A stretch of 64,000 nucleotides of DNA from an uncultured Pseudomonadota bacterium (GCA_963736005.1 CAVTNB010000001.1:1216001-1280000); one strand, 5' to 3'. Positions 32,485 to 43,480 are shown, counted from the first letter of the stretch. Notes: generated by a model not told the origin, from the sequence alone. Numbers and translations are program-made.

Positions 32485-32829
32485 ATGAAAAAAGCCACCG
32501 TTTTGGGCGTAACCGGCCTTGGGGTTGCCTGCTTGTTTTTGTGGGGATGCCCAAATCCGAACAGCATTGGCGTCCAGACCTTTGGCAGCGTCCAAGTAAC
32601 ATGCGTGCAAGCCAGCAACAATCAGCCGATTGCCGGAGCGATCGCTACCATCTCTGGAAGCACGGGACCATCTACCAATTCGAGGGGACAGACCGTCGTC
32701 CCGAATGTTCCTATCGGGACTAACGTCACAGCAGTATGCGATGCCCCCGGTCTCAGTGGTACGAACACCATCCCCAGCATCGTTGAAGGCAGCAACAATT
32801 CCGTCACGATCTCGATGAGCCCCAGCTAA
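32485..32829 (+). CDS. lipoprotein with carboxypeptidase-regulatory-like beta-sandwich
   Basis: MKK..LWG|C lipobox; QPIAGAIATI...TNSRG....NVPIG. Confidence 0.72.
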   Translation: MKKATVLGVTGLGVACLFLWGCPNPNSIGVQTFGSVQVTCVQASNNQPIAGAIATISGSTGPSTNSRGQTVVPNVPIGTNVTAVCDAPGLSGTNTIPSIVEGSNNSVTISMSPS

Positions 32830-32841
32830 CCGTCCTTATCA

Positions 32842-33663
32842 GTGCCCGAGCTTCCCGAACTAGAACTACTGCGCAATGCGCTGACGAAGTACGCTGCCGG
32901 TAAAAAAATCCTCGCCGTTTTGCCCAATCCATCGCGGGCGTTCGTCATCCGCTATCCTCCGTTGGACTTCGTCCGCGACTTGACAGGGCGGACGATCCAA
33001 AGCATAGAGCGGCGCGGGAAATTCCTCATTTTTAGCTTCAAGGACGCTGGGCCGCAGCTCATTATCAATCCCATGCTCAGCGGGCGGTTTGCCTATTGCA
33101 GCCGAGCCGCCCCGTCCTTGCCGGCAACCTGCTTCACGCTTCAACTCTCCGGTGCAGAGGATATCCGCTTCCTCGACAACACGATGATGGCGCGCGTCTA
33201 TCTCACGAGCGATCCCGCGCGAGAAATACCGGCTTTTGGCGAGTTGGGACCGGATGCGCTCGATCCCGCGTTGGATTTCGCCACCTTTTCCGCGCGCTTG
33301 CGACGCCATCGCGGTGAGCTCAAGAACGTTCTGCGCAACCAAGCTTTCCTTGCGGGGATCGGCAATGCATATGGCGATGAGATCCTCTTTGAAGCAAAGC
33401 TTCGCCCCCTGCGGCGCGCCTCGACGCTGAGCGACCAGGAGCGCTACGACCTGTACGAGGCGATGCGGAAAGTCTTGGCCGCATCGGTCGCAACCGTACA
33501 ACGTCAGCATGCATCGGGCAAACACCCTCTGCACAAACAGGATCGCGCATTCATGAAGATCCATGGCAAAGGCAAGGCCACCTGTCCCCGCTGCGGCCAC
33601 CGCATATCGTCAGTGCACGCCGGTGGCGAAAGCACCTTCTTCTGCCGCAACTGCCAAAAATAA
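32842..33663 (+). CDS. mutM: Fpg/Nei DNA glycosylase
   Basis: PELPE, RRGKFL, LGPDAL, AGIGNAY.DEILF, CPRC...CRNCQ. Confidence 0.88.
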   Translation: MPELPELELLRNALTKYAAGKKILAVLPNPSRAFVIRYPPLDFVRDLTGRTIQSIERRGKFLIFSFKDAGPQLIINPMLSGRFAYCSRAAPSLPATCFTLQLSGAEDIRFLDNTMMARVYLTSDPAREIPAFGELGPDALDPALDFATFSARLRRHRGELKNVLRNQAFLAGIGNAYGDEILFEAKLRPLRRASTLSDQERYDLYEAMRKVLAASVATVQRQHASGKHPLHKQDRAFMKIHGKGKATCPRCGHRISSVHAGGESTFFCRNCQK

Positions 33664-33761
33664 GGGTCTGCCAGTTATCCACAACGACAAGTGGCCAACC
33701 TCGTCTCGCAAACTTCAGTCAGCGGGCTAAAAGGCATTGAGACAAATCTGGGAAGCCTGCA

Positions 33762-33811
33762 TGTAGTCTCGCGAATTTATTCGCGAGGAAAAATGGCGAA
33801 TTTATTTGGCG
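33762..33811 (+). repeat. REP-like hairpin, family B, plus a degenerate second copy
   Basis: TGTAGTCTCGCGAATTTATTCGCGAG then GGCGAATTTATTTGGCG in the glnA upstream region. Confidence 0.78.
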
Positions 33812-33833
33812 ACAAAAAGGGAGGGGCGAATAC

Positions 33834-35281
33834 GTGCCAACTGCCTCAGCTGAAAAAGCCGCGCTCGACTTTTTGAAAAAGCACGGCATCAAGATCGTCG
33901 ATTTCAAGTTCATCGACCTGCCCGGAATGTGGCAGCACACCTCCGTGCCGGTCGATCAGATTGATACGAGTACCTTCGAAAACGGCATCGGCTTTGACGG
34001 TTCGAGCATTCGCGGATTCCAAGAGATCCAAGAAAGCGATATGGTGCTCATCCCCGATCCCGCGTCGGTGCGAGTGGACACCTTCCTCAACATTCCAACC
34101 GCCTCGTTCATTTGCAGCGCCTTCGACCCGCGCGAGCAGGCCTGGTACGCACGCGACCCGCGCAATGTGGCGCACCGCGCTCAGGCTCACCTCAAAGCCG
34201 TGGGCATCGCTGATGCAGCATACTTCGGGCCGGAACTTGAGTTTTACATCTTCGATCACATCAGCTTTGACAACGCTCCCTACCTTACCGGGTACGCGCT
34301 GGATTCTGAAGAGGCTCATTGGAACTCGGGCGACACGGAAAATCCAAATCTTGCTTATTCGCTGCGCCCCAAGGAAGGTTATTTTCCGGTCCAGCCATCG
34401 GACAAACACACAGACATACGCTCCGAAATGGTTCTTGCATTGAAAGAGTGGGGCGTCGCTGTCGAGATGCACCACCATGAGGTGGCAACGGCGGGCCAAA
34501 CCGAAATCGACATTCGATATGCAACACTCCTGCAGCAAGCCGACAACGTCATGATCTACAAATACGTCACGCGCAACGTCGCGCGCCGCCACGGCAAGGT
34601 GGTTACCTTCATGCCCAAGCCTCTCTTTGGCGACAACGGTTCGGGCATGCACGTCCACCAGAGCTTGTGGAAAGGTGGCAAGAACCTGTTTTACTCGTCG
34701 AGTGGCTACGCCGAGCTCTCGCAAACTGGCCTGTATTACATCGGCGGGCTCCTCACGCACATCGACTCGCTCTTGGCCTTTTGCGCACCCACGACGAATT
34801 CGTACAAGCGCCTGGTGCCCCACTACGAGGCTCCGGTGAACGTTGCGTTTTCAAAGGGCAACCGCTCGGCAGCCGTTCGCATTCCGATCTTCTTTACTGG
34901 GCCAAAATTTGCCAAGACGAAGCGGGTGGAGTTTCGTCCCCCGATCCCGCGGCGAATCCCTACATCGCATTCTCCGCAATGCTCATGGCCGGGCTCGACG
35001 GCATCAAGCGCAAGATCGATCCTACCAAAGCCGGCTTTGGTCCCCTCGATAAAAACATCTACGAACTGCCCGAGCGCGAAGCCAAAAAAATCAAGTCGGT
35101 GCCGGGCAGCTTAGACGAGTCGCTCGCGGCGCTCGAGAAAGATCAGGCGTACTTGCTCGACGGCGGAGTCTTCACGCGCGACTTCATCGATACGTGGATC
35201 TCGTACAAGCGAACGAAAGAGCTGCAAGAGGTGAAGATTCGTCCGCATCCCTACGAGTTTTATCTATACCACGATCTGTGA
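33834..35281 (+). CDS. glnA: glutamine synthetase type I (GSI-beta), one frameshift at about 34940
   Basis: [52 protein letters not shown], adenylylation loop NIYELP. Confidence 0.95.
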
Positions 35282-35299
35282 TCGGGTGATGCCTACTAG

Positions 35300-35486
35300 T
35301 GTAGCAGCGCACCTTCAGGTGCGCTCCACATCTAGCACCGAGCGGATCTAAAGATCCGCTGCTACATTTGGTGGGTATGGAGCGGATCTAAAGATCGCTG
35401 CTACATTTTGGTGGGTATGGAGCGGATCTAAAGATCCGCTGCTACATTCGGCGAGCGCGGAGCGGACCTGAAGGTCCGCTGCTACA
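35300..35486. repeat. REP cluster, family A: one plus-strand and four minus-strand copies
   Basis: TGTAGCAGCGCACCTTCAGGTGCGCT; AGCGGATCTAAAGATCCGCTGCTACA three times (one missing a C); AGCGGACCTGAAGGTCCGCTGCTACA. Confidence 0.9.
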
Positions 35487-35506
35487 GGCTAGCCGAACAC
35501 CTCGAA

Positions 35507-35632
35507 ATGGCCTTCGGCAAGTGGCAACAAGCGCCGCAGCCCCCGCAACTGTGGCGGCTTTTGGTCATGCTCGGTGCAGTTATTGCCACCATCGTTTGGC
35601 TCCAACGCTACGCAGCGCTTCACGCGCACTAG
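35507..35632 (+). CDS. putative 41-aa single-pass membrane protein
   Basis: MAFGKWQQAPQPPQLWRLLVMLGAVIATIVWLQRYAALHAH; stop 6 nt before pgm ATG; below the ORF-track cutoff. Confidence 0.5.
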   Translation: MAFGKWQQAPQPPQLWRLLVMLGAVIATIVWLQRYAALHAH

Positions 35633-35638
35633 AGATTC

Positions 35639-36985
35639 ATGCCCGCGACGCTAGCAGAAATCTTCAAGAGTTATGATATTCGGGGCATCTACCCCGACGA
35701 ACTGAACGAAGCCGTTGCTGAGCGCATCGGCAGGGCGTTTGTCGATTTCGTTGGAGCCAACGTGGTGGCCGTCGGGCGCGATATGCGGATGAGTTCCGAG
35801 CCCTTGTTTCGCGCCTTTGCCCACGGAATCACGCTCCAAGGCGCGGACGTCGTTGACCTGGGCCTCACTTCGACGGATGAACTTTATTTTTCCGTGGGGC
35901 ATTTCGAGTATCCGGCTGGGGCGATGATCACGGCATCCCACAATCCAAAAGAATATAACGGATTCAAACTGTGCCGCGAGCACGCCATCGCGTTGTCTGC
36001 CGAGACCGGAGTGTTTGCCATCCGCGATCTCGTCGTGCGCGATCAGTTCCTTGCCGCCCCCAAGCCCGGCCGCGTGACGAAGCGCGATGTTCTGTCCGAT
36101 TTCGTCGAACATTGCTTGTCCTTCATCGACCAAAAGAATATCAAGCCGCTTCGCATCGTGGTCGATGCCGGCAACGGCATGGGTGGTCTTATCGTGCCCG
36201 CGGTCTTTTCGCGTTTACCCGTCGAAGTAATTCCGCTTTTCTTCGAACTTGACGGAACCTTTCCAAATCATCCGGCAAGTCCGCTCGAGCCCGAAAACAT
36301 GTCCGATCTCCAAGCGGCCGTGCGCCGGCACAAAGCGGATCTCGGGGCGGCGTTTGACGGAGATGCGGATCGGGTCTTCATCACGGACGAGCGCGGCGAA
36401 ATTGTCGGCGGCGACATGGTCACGGCGCTCGTCGCGAAGATGCTCTTGCACAAATATCCGGGATCAACCATCCTCTACAACCTCATCTGCTCACGCAGCG
36501 TTCCTGAGTTGATCGAAGCTGGGGGAGGACGTGCGGTCCGCACGCGCGTCGGCCATTCAATCATCAAAAAGGTGATGCGCGAACACAATGCTGTTTTTGG
36601 CGGCGAGCATTCAGGTCATTTTTACTTTCGCGATCATTACTATGCAGACTCGGGACTGATCGCCCTGCTTGTCGTACTGGAACTCATTTGCCAAGAAGGC
36701 AAACCGGTGAGCGAGCTCTTGCAGCCGCTGGATCGACGCTACCGCTCGGGAGAAATTAATAGCCGCGTCGCGGATATTGCGACAAAGCTCAAGGACATCG
36801 AGCGCCACTACGCGGACGCACGAGACGTTGACCACCTTGATGGGGTGACGATCCAATTCCAGCAATGGTGGTGCAACATCCGGCCCTCGAATACCGAACC
36901 GTTGTTGCGGCTCAACGTCGAGGCGGACAGCCCGCAACTGCTAGCGCAAAAACGCGATGAGGTTCTCTCCCTGATTCGGAGCTGA
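35639..36985 (+). CDS. phosphomannomutase/phosphoglucomutase
   Basis: FKSYDIRG, ITASHNP, FDGDADR, GGEHSGH, RPSNTEP. Confidence 0.95.
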   Translation: MPATLAEIFKSYDIRGIYPDELNEAVAERIGRAFVDFVGANVVAVGRDMRMSSEPLFRAFAHGITLQGADVVDLGLTSTDELYFSVGHFEYPAGAMITASHNPKEYNGFKLCREHAIALSAETGVFAIRDLVVRDQFLAAPKPGRVTKRDVLSDFVEHCLSFIDQKNIKPLRIVVDAGNGMGGLIVPAVFSRLPVEVIPLFFELDGTFPNHPASPLEPENMSDLQAAVRRHKADLGAAFDGDADRVFITDERGEIVGGDMVTALVAKMLLHKYPGSTILYNLICSRSVPELIEAGGGRAVRTRVGHSIIKKVMREHNAVFGGEHSGHFYFRDHYYADSGLIALLVVLELICQEGKPVSELLQPLDRRYRSGEINSRVADIATKLKDIERHYADARDVDHLDGVTIQFQQWWCNIRPSNTEPLLRLNVEADSPQLLAQKRDEVLSLIRS

Positions 36986-36988
36986 CCG

Positions 36989-38104
36989 ATGAGCGCCCAA
37001 ATTCTGGGGCCCGCCCTTCTGGCCGTCGGTGATGGAACGGCTCAGCCGGGCTGCGTCCGCATCCAGGACGGCAAGATCGCCGAGCTCTTGGATCGCTCGG
37101 CGCGCCCGGATCATGTCCTTCCCCCGGGCAGCACCATAACACCCGGGCTCATCGACCTCCACGTGAACGGCACGGGCCGCTTGTGGTTCAACCGCGATCC
37201 TATCGAAACACTTGCGGCGATGAATTCTGACGCGCCCACGCATGGCGTGACTTCCTTCTTGCCATCGATCATGACCGGCTCGTGGGGGCAAATGCTCCGC
37301 GCCGCCGCAACGATTTCGGAACGTGTGCGGTTGCCGGTTGATGGCGCGCGCGCACTCGGCGTTCATCTCGAAGGACCGTTCCTCAACGTCGACTACCGCC
37401 GCGCACATCCGCGGGAATTCCTGTTGACGCCCACTCCCTCGCGCATCGAGGCGTTGCTCGAAACCTGGAAAGCCGGGAAGCTTCGGATCACGATGGCCCC
37501 GGAGATCGAAGAAGCGCCTCGGGCAGCGGCAGAGTTGCGGCGCCACAACGTGACGCTCGCGGCTGGCCACACCGGTGCAACCTACGCGCTGGGCAACTCG
37601 GCGATCGAAGCCGGATATTCCATCCTCACCCACACCTTCAATGCGATGCCCCCCCTCCACCATCGCGCGTCATCCATCGCCACGGCCTATCTGCTTGACC
37701 CCACAGCGTTCTGCGAGGTCATCGCTGACGGCGTGCACGTTTCCGTGGAACATCTCGCGCTGTTGTATCGCCTAAAGGGCGTCAATCTCGTCTTGACGAC
37801 CGACGCCATGCCGCTCGTCGATGGCTTGGTCGAAGAAGGTGGTGTCGCCCGCACGAAAGACGGCGTGATCGCCGGCAGCAGGCTTTCGCTCGATCAGGCC
37901 GTGCGCAATCTCATGGCGGTCACGGGCATCACGCTCGCCGAAGCAGTGGAATGTGCGACGTGGGCACCGGCACGCGCGATCGGAGCAGAAAATGAGATCG
38001 GTTTGCTTGCGACGGGATCGATCGCCGACCTCGCGGTATGGAATTCGCGCAACCAAATCACACATGTCTTCATCGACGGCCGACTGGCGTACGCGAATAA
38101 CTAA
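36989..38104 (+). CDS. nagA: N-acetylglucosamine-6-phosphate deacetylase
   Basis: PGLIDLHVNG, GVHLEGPF, AGHT, THTFNAM, IADGVHV, TDA, IAGS. Confidence 0.92.
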   Translation: MSAQILGPALLAVGDGTAQPGCVRIQDGKIAELLDRSARPDHVLPPGSTITPGLIDLHVNGTGRLWFNRDPIETLAAMNSDAPTHGVTSFLPSIMTGSWGQMLRAAATISERVRLPVDGARALGVHLEGPFLNVDYRRAHPREFLLTPTPSRIEALLETWKAGKLRITMAPEIEEAPRAAAELRRHNVTLAAGHTGATYALGNSAIEAGYSILTHTFNAMPPLHHRASSIATAYLLDPTAFCEVIADGVHVSVEHLALLYRLKGVNLVLTTDAMPLVDGLVEEGGVARTKDGVIAGSRLSLDQAVRNLMAVTGITLAEAVECATWAPARAIGAENEIGLLATGSIADLAVWNSRNQITHVFIDGRLAYANN

Positions 38105-39120
38105 GTCAACGGGTCGAGATTGAGGATTTCGCCGACAACCGTGCCGGCGTGGTTTCTGATCTTTGGAGCCCGGTATGCGTCGAGCATCGTGCGCTGTGTC
38201 GCGTCCAGAATTCCTAGGCGCGAGAGCCGAGCAAAGACAAACGGTGCCACGGCGCGGTAGTTACCGTCCGCGATTTTTACGGTCATTCCTAAGCCCTGCG
38301 CGAGCGCAGCACTACCGTGATATCCTTCTGCGCCACCCTTCGCCAGGATGTTGGGTCGAGCGGCGGTCATGAGATCCGTATCGAATCTGTTCGAACCTGC
38401 AACGTATTCCGGGTGCGCGATCATTGCGTCGCGCACTCGCATCAGCGCCGGCGCCAGTTGCACCGGAAATTGCGCCGGTTCACCCAGCCTCGCGTAAAAG
38501 TAGGCTGCGGTCTTCAGCGGAACCGCGATAACCGGAATACCGCATCCGTCGACCCCAATTCTGATATCCGCAAGCGGCACGCCCAGTAACTCGGAACATA
38601 CGCGCAAGATTTCGCGTTCGGCAGGATGGTCGACGACGAGATAGCCGTCTGGCGCGGCACCCAGCTGCACAGCAAGCGCGAGAATGCCGGCATGCTTGCC
38701 GGAGCAATTGTTGTGAATCGGCTTTGGGAGTTCTCCGGCTAGGCACAGCGCGTCGGCACTCGGACCGTGGGTTGGCGCATGGGCGCCGCAGCGCAGCGCA
38801 CTTTCGTCCAGGCCGGTCTTGCGCAGCATGCTGCGCACGGCAGCGACGTGTTTTGGCTCGCCGCTGTGCGAGCCTGCGGCAATCGCGATTTCCTCATCGG
38901 AAAAACCAAACCGATCGGCTGCCCCGCTCGCAACCATCGCAGTTGCAATCAGTGGCTTGGCACTCGAGCGCATGTAGACGGGGCGATCGATATCGCCATT
39001 TGATTCGACAACGCCGGCGCGGCGGTCGACTACCGCGTAGCACACATAGTGCTCGCTCTCAACAAGTTCGGCGCGTGTAACGACAACTGCGGCACGAACG
39101 CCGCAGTCAAATGGTTGCAT
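38101..39120 (-). CDS. asparaginase (Rhizobium etli AnsA type)
   Basis: RSSAKP, SHSGE, NNCSGKHAG, DGCG, KGGAEG. Confidence 0.88.
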   Translation of the reverse strand: MQPFDCGVRAAVVVTRAELVESEHYVCYAVVDRRAGVVESNGDIDRPVYMRSSAKPLIATAMVASGAADRFGFSDEEIAIAAGSHSGEPKHVAAVRSMLRKTGLDESALRCGAHAPTHGPSADALCLAGELPKPIHNNCSGKHAGILALAVQLGAAPDGYLVVDHPAEREILRVCSELLGVPLADIRIGVDGCGIPVIAVPLKTAAYFYARLGEPAQFPVQLAPALMRVRDAMIAHPEYVAGSNRFDTDLMTAARPNILAKGGAEGYHGSAALAQGLGMTVKIADGNYRAVAPFVFARLSRLGILDATQRTMLDAYRAPKIRNHAGTVVGEILNLDPLT

Positions 39121-39177
39121 CTCCTCCGTCACAACCTCGCGCTTCTTCCAGGAAGCGCCGCAAACCCCCAAGAATTG

Positions 39178-39203
39178 CTCGCGAATAAATTCGCGACACT
39201 ACA
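39178..39203 (-). repeat. REP-like hairpin, family B
   Basis: CTCGCGAATAAATTCGCGACACTACA between divergent genes. Confidence 0.8.
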
Positions 39204-39224
39204 TGATCGTCCGGGTATTCTTGT

Positions 39225-40235
39225 GTGACGCCTAATGGGTCGTTGCCGCCTCCGGAGTCTCAGAGAAATGCGGCGGCGCTCAACCTCCGACCGCTGCCGC
39301 TCGGCGAGTTGCTCGACCGTGCTTTTAGCATCTATTTTCGCAATATCGTGACGTTTTCGGCGCTGCTGGCGATCGTCTTGATCCCAAGCCTGCTCGTCAC
39401 CTATTTCGAGACCCGCGGCATTTTTGGATGGTACATTTCGACCATCCAGCACCAGATAAGCAATCCCCATTCGACGCCCGATCTTTCTGCGCTCAACTCC
39501 TTCGCGCCGTCAGATTTTTGGACCGGAATCCAGTTTGTCTTTGGGTTTTTTCTGATCCCGATGTCGTACGGCGCGGTGGTTGTGGGGGTATCCCGGGCAT
39601 ACGTTGGCTTGCCAGTCACCTTCGTCGATTGTTACCGGCAGTCGCTGAGGCGTTGGCTCCCGGTTATGATATTAATGTTGCTCTGGATTGTGCTCGCCGT
39701 TGTTTTTATCGTTGCGTTTGCCATCGTTGGGGGCATTTTTGGGGCTGTTGGTGCGATGATCACCGGCGCGCTCGGTAGCCCGGTCTTGGGTTTCTTCTTT
39801 GCTGTGGTACTGATCGCGTTGATGCTCGCCCTCATCGGCGTTGTCATCATGATCTACTTGACCTCCGCGATTTCGTTCATATCCGTTGTCCTTGAAAAAA
39901 TCGATCCGATTCGCGCGCTGGGTGAGGCGTTCGCCCGGGTCTTCGGTGGTGGTCAGTTCTGGAGGGGGTTCGTTCTCGCGATCGCCCTAACAGGGATTTA
40001 TTTGGGCGGATCGCTCGTCATTGGCGGCGGGGGCGCAGTGCTCGCTTTCCTCCTCAAAGCCCCTGCGATGTATATCATTTTTGCGGGGATGATGCAGATG
40101 TTCTTTGTGCCCTTTGCGGTCGTCACCGCCGCTGTGTATTACTACGATATTCGCATCCGACGCGAAGGGTACGATCTGCAAATGCTCATCGACAAGTTTG
40201 CGAGTCCGACCTCTCCAGGTACCTCCAACGCATGA
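39225..40235 (+). CDS. polytopic membrane protein of the MoxR cluster (GDPD-membrane-domain-like)
   Basis: LRPLPLGELLDRAFSIY...YYYDIRIRREGYDL. Confidence 0.8.
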   Translation: MTPNGSLPPPESQRNAAALNLRPLPLGELLDRAFSIYFRNIVTFSALLAIVLIPSLLVTYFETRGIFGWYISTIQHQISNPHSTPDLSALNSFAPSDFWTGIQFVFGFFLIPMSYGAVVVGVSRAYVGLPVTFVDCYRQSLRRWLPVMILMLLWIVLAVVFIVAFAIVGGIFGAVGAMITGALGSPVLGFFFAVVLIALMLALIGVVIMIYLTSAISFISVVLEKIDPIRALGEAFARVFGGGQFWRGFVLAIALTGIYLGGSLVIGGGGAVLAFLLKAPAMYIIFAGMMQMFFVPFAVVTAAVYYYDIRIRREGYDLQMLIDKFASPTSPGTSNA

Positions 40236-41233
40236 GCCTTCGCCGCACCTTTGCTGGAGCGGTCATCACCACGCATATCTTCTTCTTCGCGGCGTATCAG
40301 AGCGCGTTTGCAGCGCACGTCGATGCGGGCTCTGGGCGCTTGATGCAGGTGGCCGATCAACTTGATGCCGCAGCGGCCATCGCGCATCGTCGACACGTCG
40401 CGATCCATATACCACCGCTTCGCGTTGCGCCATCAGCTGCAAAGCCTGCAGCAAGCGCGTCGTTCATTGATCGGTGGCTGCAATCCGCGCTCGCCTCGAT
40501 CGGACGCGAAAAATCGGCCTCAGTGCAGGCACGAGAGCTCGGCGAGCTGGCTGCATCGCTGCGGCACCTCGCGTCCCCTTCAGGCATGCGAACCGCCGAG
40601 TTGGACCCAACGACGATCGCCCAGAAGGTGCTCTCGGCGCGCGCCTATCAGGTTGGGGGCGCTGGACCAGCGCCAGCCCCGCACGAAACGCTCTGGGAAA
40701 AACTCCTGGCTTTTATGGCCGAGCTGCTTGGGAGAATCCTGTCCGGCATTTTCCGCGCAACAGCTTCGACTCCGATGCTTGGTCAAATCTTCGCGGTCGT
40801 CATGGTGTTGCTCTTGGTCGCCGCGCTCAGCTACTTGGTTTTTCGGCTATTCGACGCTCTTTCCAAGCGTCGTCGCCGTTCTGCCGATGCAGACGACGGT
40901 TCCCCGCTACCGCGCACCCTTGACCCCGACGAGCTCTATCAGCGTGGGCTCCTGGCTGCCAATGCAGGTCGCTATGCCCAAGCGGTCGTCATGCTCTTTC
41001 AAGCAAGCCTGGCCAATTTCGAATGCCAGGGTACCCTGGCATTCGATCCTTCCCGCACGCCGGGCGAATATCGCCGTGCGGTAAAACGCAAGGCGGCTGC
41101 GGCAAGCTTCGATTTCGATACCATCGCGCACGCGTTCATCATGGCGGCATTTGCGGAAGTCCCTTTGTCGAAGCAGGACTGGTCGGCGGTTGATGCAGCC
41201 TACCTCAAATTGCGCGCCGTGGCCGCATCGTGA
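40232..41233 (+). CDS. DUF4129-domain membrane protein
   Basis: A.AGRYAQAV..LF.A.L, FDPSRTPGEY; cluster context. Confidence 0.75.
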   Translation: MSLRRTFAGAVITTHIFFFAAYQSAFAAHVDAGSGRLMQVADQLDAAAAIAHRRHVAIHIPPLRVAPSAAKPAASASFIDRWLQSALASIGREKSASVQARELGELAASLRHLASPSGMRTAELDPTTIAQKVLSARAYQVGGAGPAPAPHETLWEKLLAFMAELLGRILSGIFRATASTPMLGQIFAVVMVLLLVAALSYLVFRLFDALSKRRRRSADADDGSPLPRTLDPDELYQRGLLAANAGRYAQAVVMLFQASLANFECQGTLAFDPSRTPGEYRRAVKRKAAAASFDFDTIAHAFIMAAFAEVPLSKQDWSAVDAAYLKLRAVAAS

Positions 41234-42663
41234 TGAACGTGCACGGCCGAGCGCCCGAGCTCCTGATAGCCCTCGCTGTCCTCGTCTGCTTTGTCGCCGT
41301 CGGTTGGCTCGATTACTCGAATCAGCGCCGTCAAGCCGCCACGTATGACAGCTTCTCAAGCTTCGACTACCAGCACGGAGGATACCGAGCCTGGTTCGAC
41401 ATGCTCCGCGACGAAGGCATTCGCGTGGCGCGGTACCAACGGCGCCCAGCCTTCCTCAGCGATGCCGTTGCAACGCTTGTGGTTGCAAATAACGCTTTCG
41501 ACGCAGAGCTGCGTCAGGAGTTTGGCCAACCATCCGGCGTCTACACCAACGCGGACCTGCTGGCGCTCGAGCACTGGGTAAGGGCCGGGGGACGTCTTGT
41601 CTGGCTTGTCGATGAAGCCACGTCGCTTGAGTCGTCTACTGTGAAAGGGGCCCTGCGCTCGGCGATCGACCGTGTGAGTGAGAATCCGCTGCGCCTCCCC
41701 TTTGTGGCGAACCTCGGCCGCGAAAAGGATGCGGCCCTTGCGATTGCACCATCACCATTCACCCAAGGCGTGGGGGCGGTGTCGGGGAATAGCGGCCTGC
41801 GCGTACCGTTCGATAACGACTTTGCTCTTTCACCGCTCGTGGCGGATCGTGCGGGGATTGTGGTAGGTTGGTACCCGCTTGGCAAAGGTTCCGTTATTGT
41901 CGTCACGGATGAAACACTGTTTGAGAACGGCAGGCTCGCCAAAACTGACAATGCACGGCTTGCTTACAACCTGGCCTCCTATGCCTTGCAGCCTGGGCAA
42001 ACCGTTGCGTTCGAGGAATGGTCGCACGGGTATCAATCCGGCGATACGTGGTGGGCCATTTTGCCGCAGCCATTTCGCGTTGCGTTTGGGATTGCCGGTG
42101 CCGCTCTGCTGCTGTTGCTCTTTGGAGCAACGTGGCGTTTCGGCCCGGCCGTGCCGCTGCCAGAAAATAACGAGCGCACGTCGTTTGAATACCTCACGTC
42201 GATGGCCGGTTTATTGGAACGGGGTCGGGCTGCGCGCAAGGCAGTCAGAGATCTGGCTCATCTGGCGCTCCACGCGGCCGCGCGATCCGTCGGCCTGCCT
42301 GATGCGGCGACAGCTTCGGCCATCGCCGCGCGGCTGCGCGGTACTGAGGCAGGGGAACGTCGAGCGGATGACGTCATGACGCTCGAGCGCCTCGCCGGAT
42401 ACGAAAGCCCATCATCCGCCGAACTCGTCGAAGCGGCTCGACTTGCTCTCTCGTTACGAAAGGAATTCTCTCGATGGATTCCAGCGCATCGAACCTCGCC
42501 ACTTTACTCAACGACGGTCTGCATAAGGTCGTCGTCGGCCAAGACGACTGCGATCTTCGCGCTCTCGTCGCGCTCTTCGGCGGGGCCACGTGCTGATCGA
42601 AGGCGTGCCCGGCACGGCGAAGACGCTGCTCGTCCGCGCGCTCGCGCTGCTGCTCGGGGCTGA
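41233..42663 (+). CDS. DUF4350-domain membrane protein (true 3' end probably near 42480)
   Basis: SS.....GGYRAW, LEHWVRAGGRLV, LGKGSVIV, F.NG.L...DNA, WRFGP, EY..SMA.L. Confidence 0.75.
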   Translation: MNVHGRAPELLIALAVLVCFVAVGWLDYSNQRRQAATYDSFSSFDYQHGGYRAWFDMLRDEGIRVARYQRRPAFLSDAVATLVVANNAFDAELRQEFGQPSGVYTNADLLALEHWVRAGGRLVWLVDEATSLESSTVKGALRSAIDRVSENPLRLPFVANLGREKDAALAIAPSPFTQGVGAVSGNSGLRVPFDNDFALSPLVADRAGIVVGWYPLGKGSVIVVTDETLFENGRLAKTDNARLAYNLASYALQPGQTVAFEEWSHGYQSGDTWWAILPQPFRVAFGIAGAALLLLLFGATWRFGPAVPLPENNERTSFEYLTSMAGLLERGRAARKAVRDLAHLALHAAARSVGLPDAATASAIAARLRGTEAGERRADDVMTLERLAGYESPSSAELVEAARLALSLRKEFSRWIPAHRTSPLYSTTVCIRSSSAKTTAIFALSSRSSAGPRADRRRARHGEDAARPRARAAARG

Positions 42664-43477
42664 CTTCCGCCGCATCCAATTCACGCCCGACTTGATGCCC
42701 TCGGACGTGGTCGGCACGACGGTCTTCAATCCCGAGAGCGAGCGAGTTCACCACGCGCAAGGGGCCGATCTTCACGAACTCGTGCTCGCCGACGAGATCA
42801 ATCGCACGCCGCCGAAGACGCAATCGGCCCTGCTCGAAGCGATGGAGGAACGCCAGGTGACGATCGACGGCGTGTCGCTCGCCATTCCGCCGCTGTTCAT
42901 GGTATGCGCGACGCAGAACCCGATCGAGTACGAAGGAACGTATCCATTGCCCGAAGCGCAGCTCGATCGCTTCATGGTCAAGTCCAACACGGGATATCCA
43001 ACGGTCGAGCAAGAGCTTGAATTGCTCGCCCGAGGAGCTGCGGGTTTTGATGCTCGCTTCTTAGAGCGCATGGGGATCGGCCAAGTAGTAAACGCCGACG
43101 ATATCGCTGCCGCCCGGAGGCAAGTTCGCGCGACTCATGTTTCTCCCCCGTTGCAAAGATACGTGTACGATATCGTTGCGCGAACTCGCAGCGCGGGCGA
43201 GTTGAGCCTCGGCGCAAGTCCGCGCGCTGCGCTTCATTTGTTAATCGCCGCGCAGGCGAGCGCCGCAATTGACGGGCGTGATTTCGCAACCCCTGACGAT
43301 GTCAAAGAAACGGCTCCGCTTGTGTTAGTGCATCGCCTCATCGTGAGACCTGAAGCCGAAGTTGAAGGAGTCAGCGCGAAGACGGTCTTGCTCCGCATCC
43401 TTGATTCGGTCCCCGTGCCAAAGGATGCGTCGCCCCCGGCCGCGGGCAACCCAACGGAAGTCGGCCCGAGCGCATAG
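42474..43477 (+). CDS. MoxR-family AAA+ ATPase (several indels at 42550-42785)
   Basis: VVVGQ, EGVPGTAKT, RIQFTPDLMPSD, LADEINRTPPKTQSALLEAMEE, ATQNPIEYEGTYPLPEAQLDRF. Confidence 0.92.
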
Positions 43478-43480
43478 GTC

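Noticed and set aside
33675..33683. Perfect DnaA box TTATCCACA as part of oriC
   Set aside because: Single copy, no AT-rich unwinding element and no dnaA/dnaN context
34930..34950. Programmed frameshift in glnA
   Set aside because: One base missing at a C-run in a window full of similar indels; no slippery heptamer; assembly error is simpler
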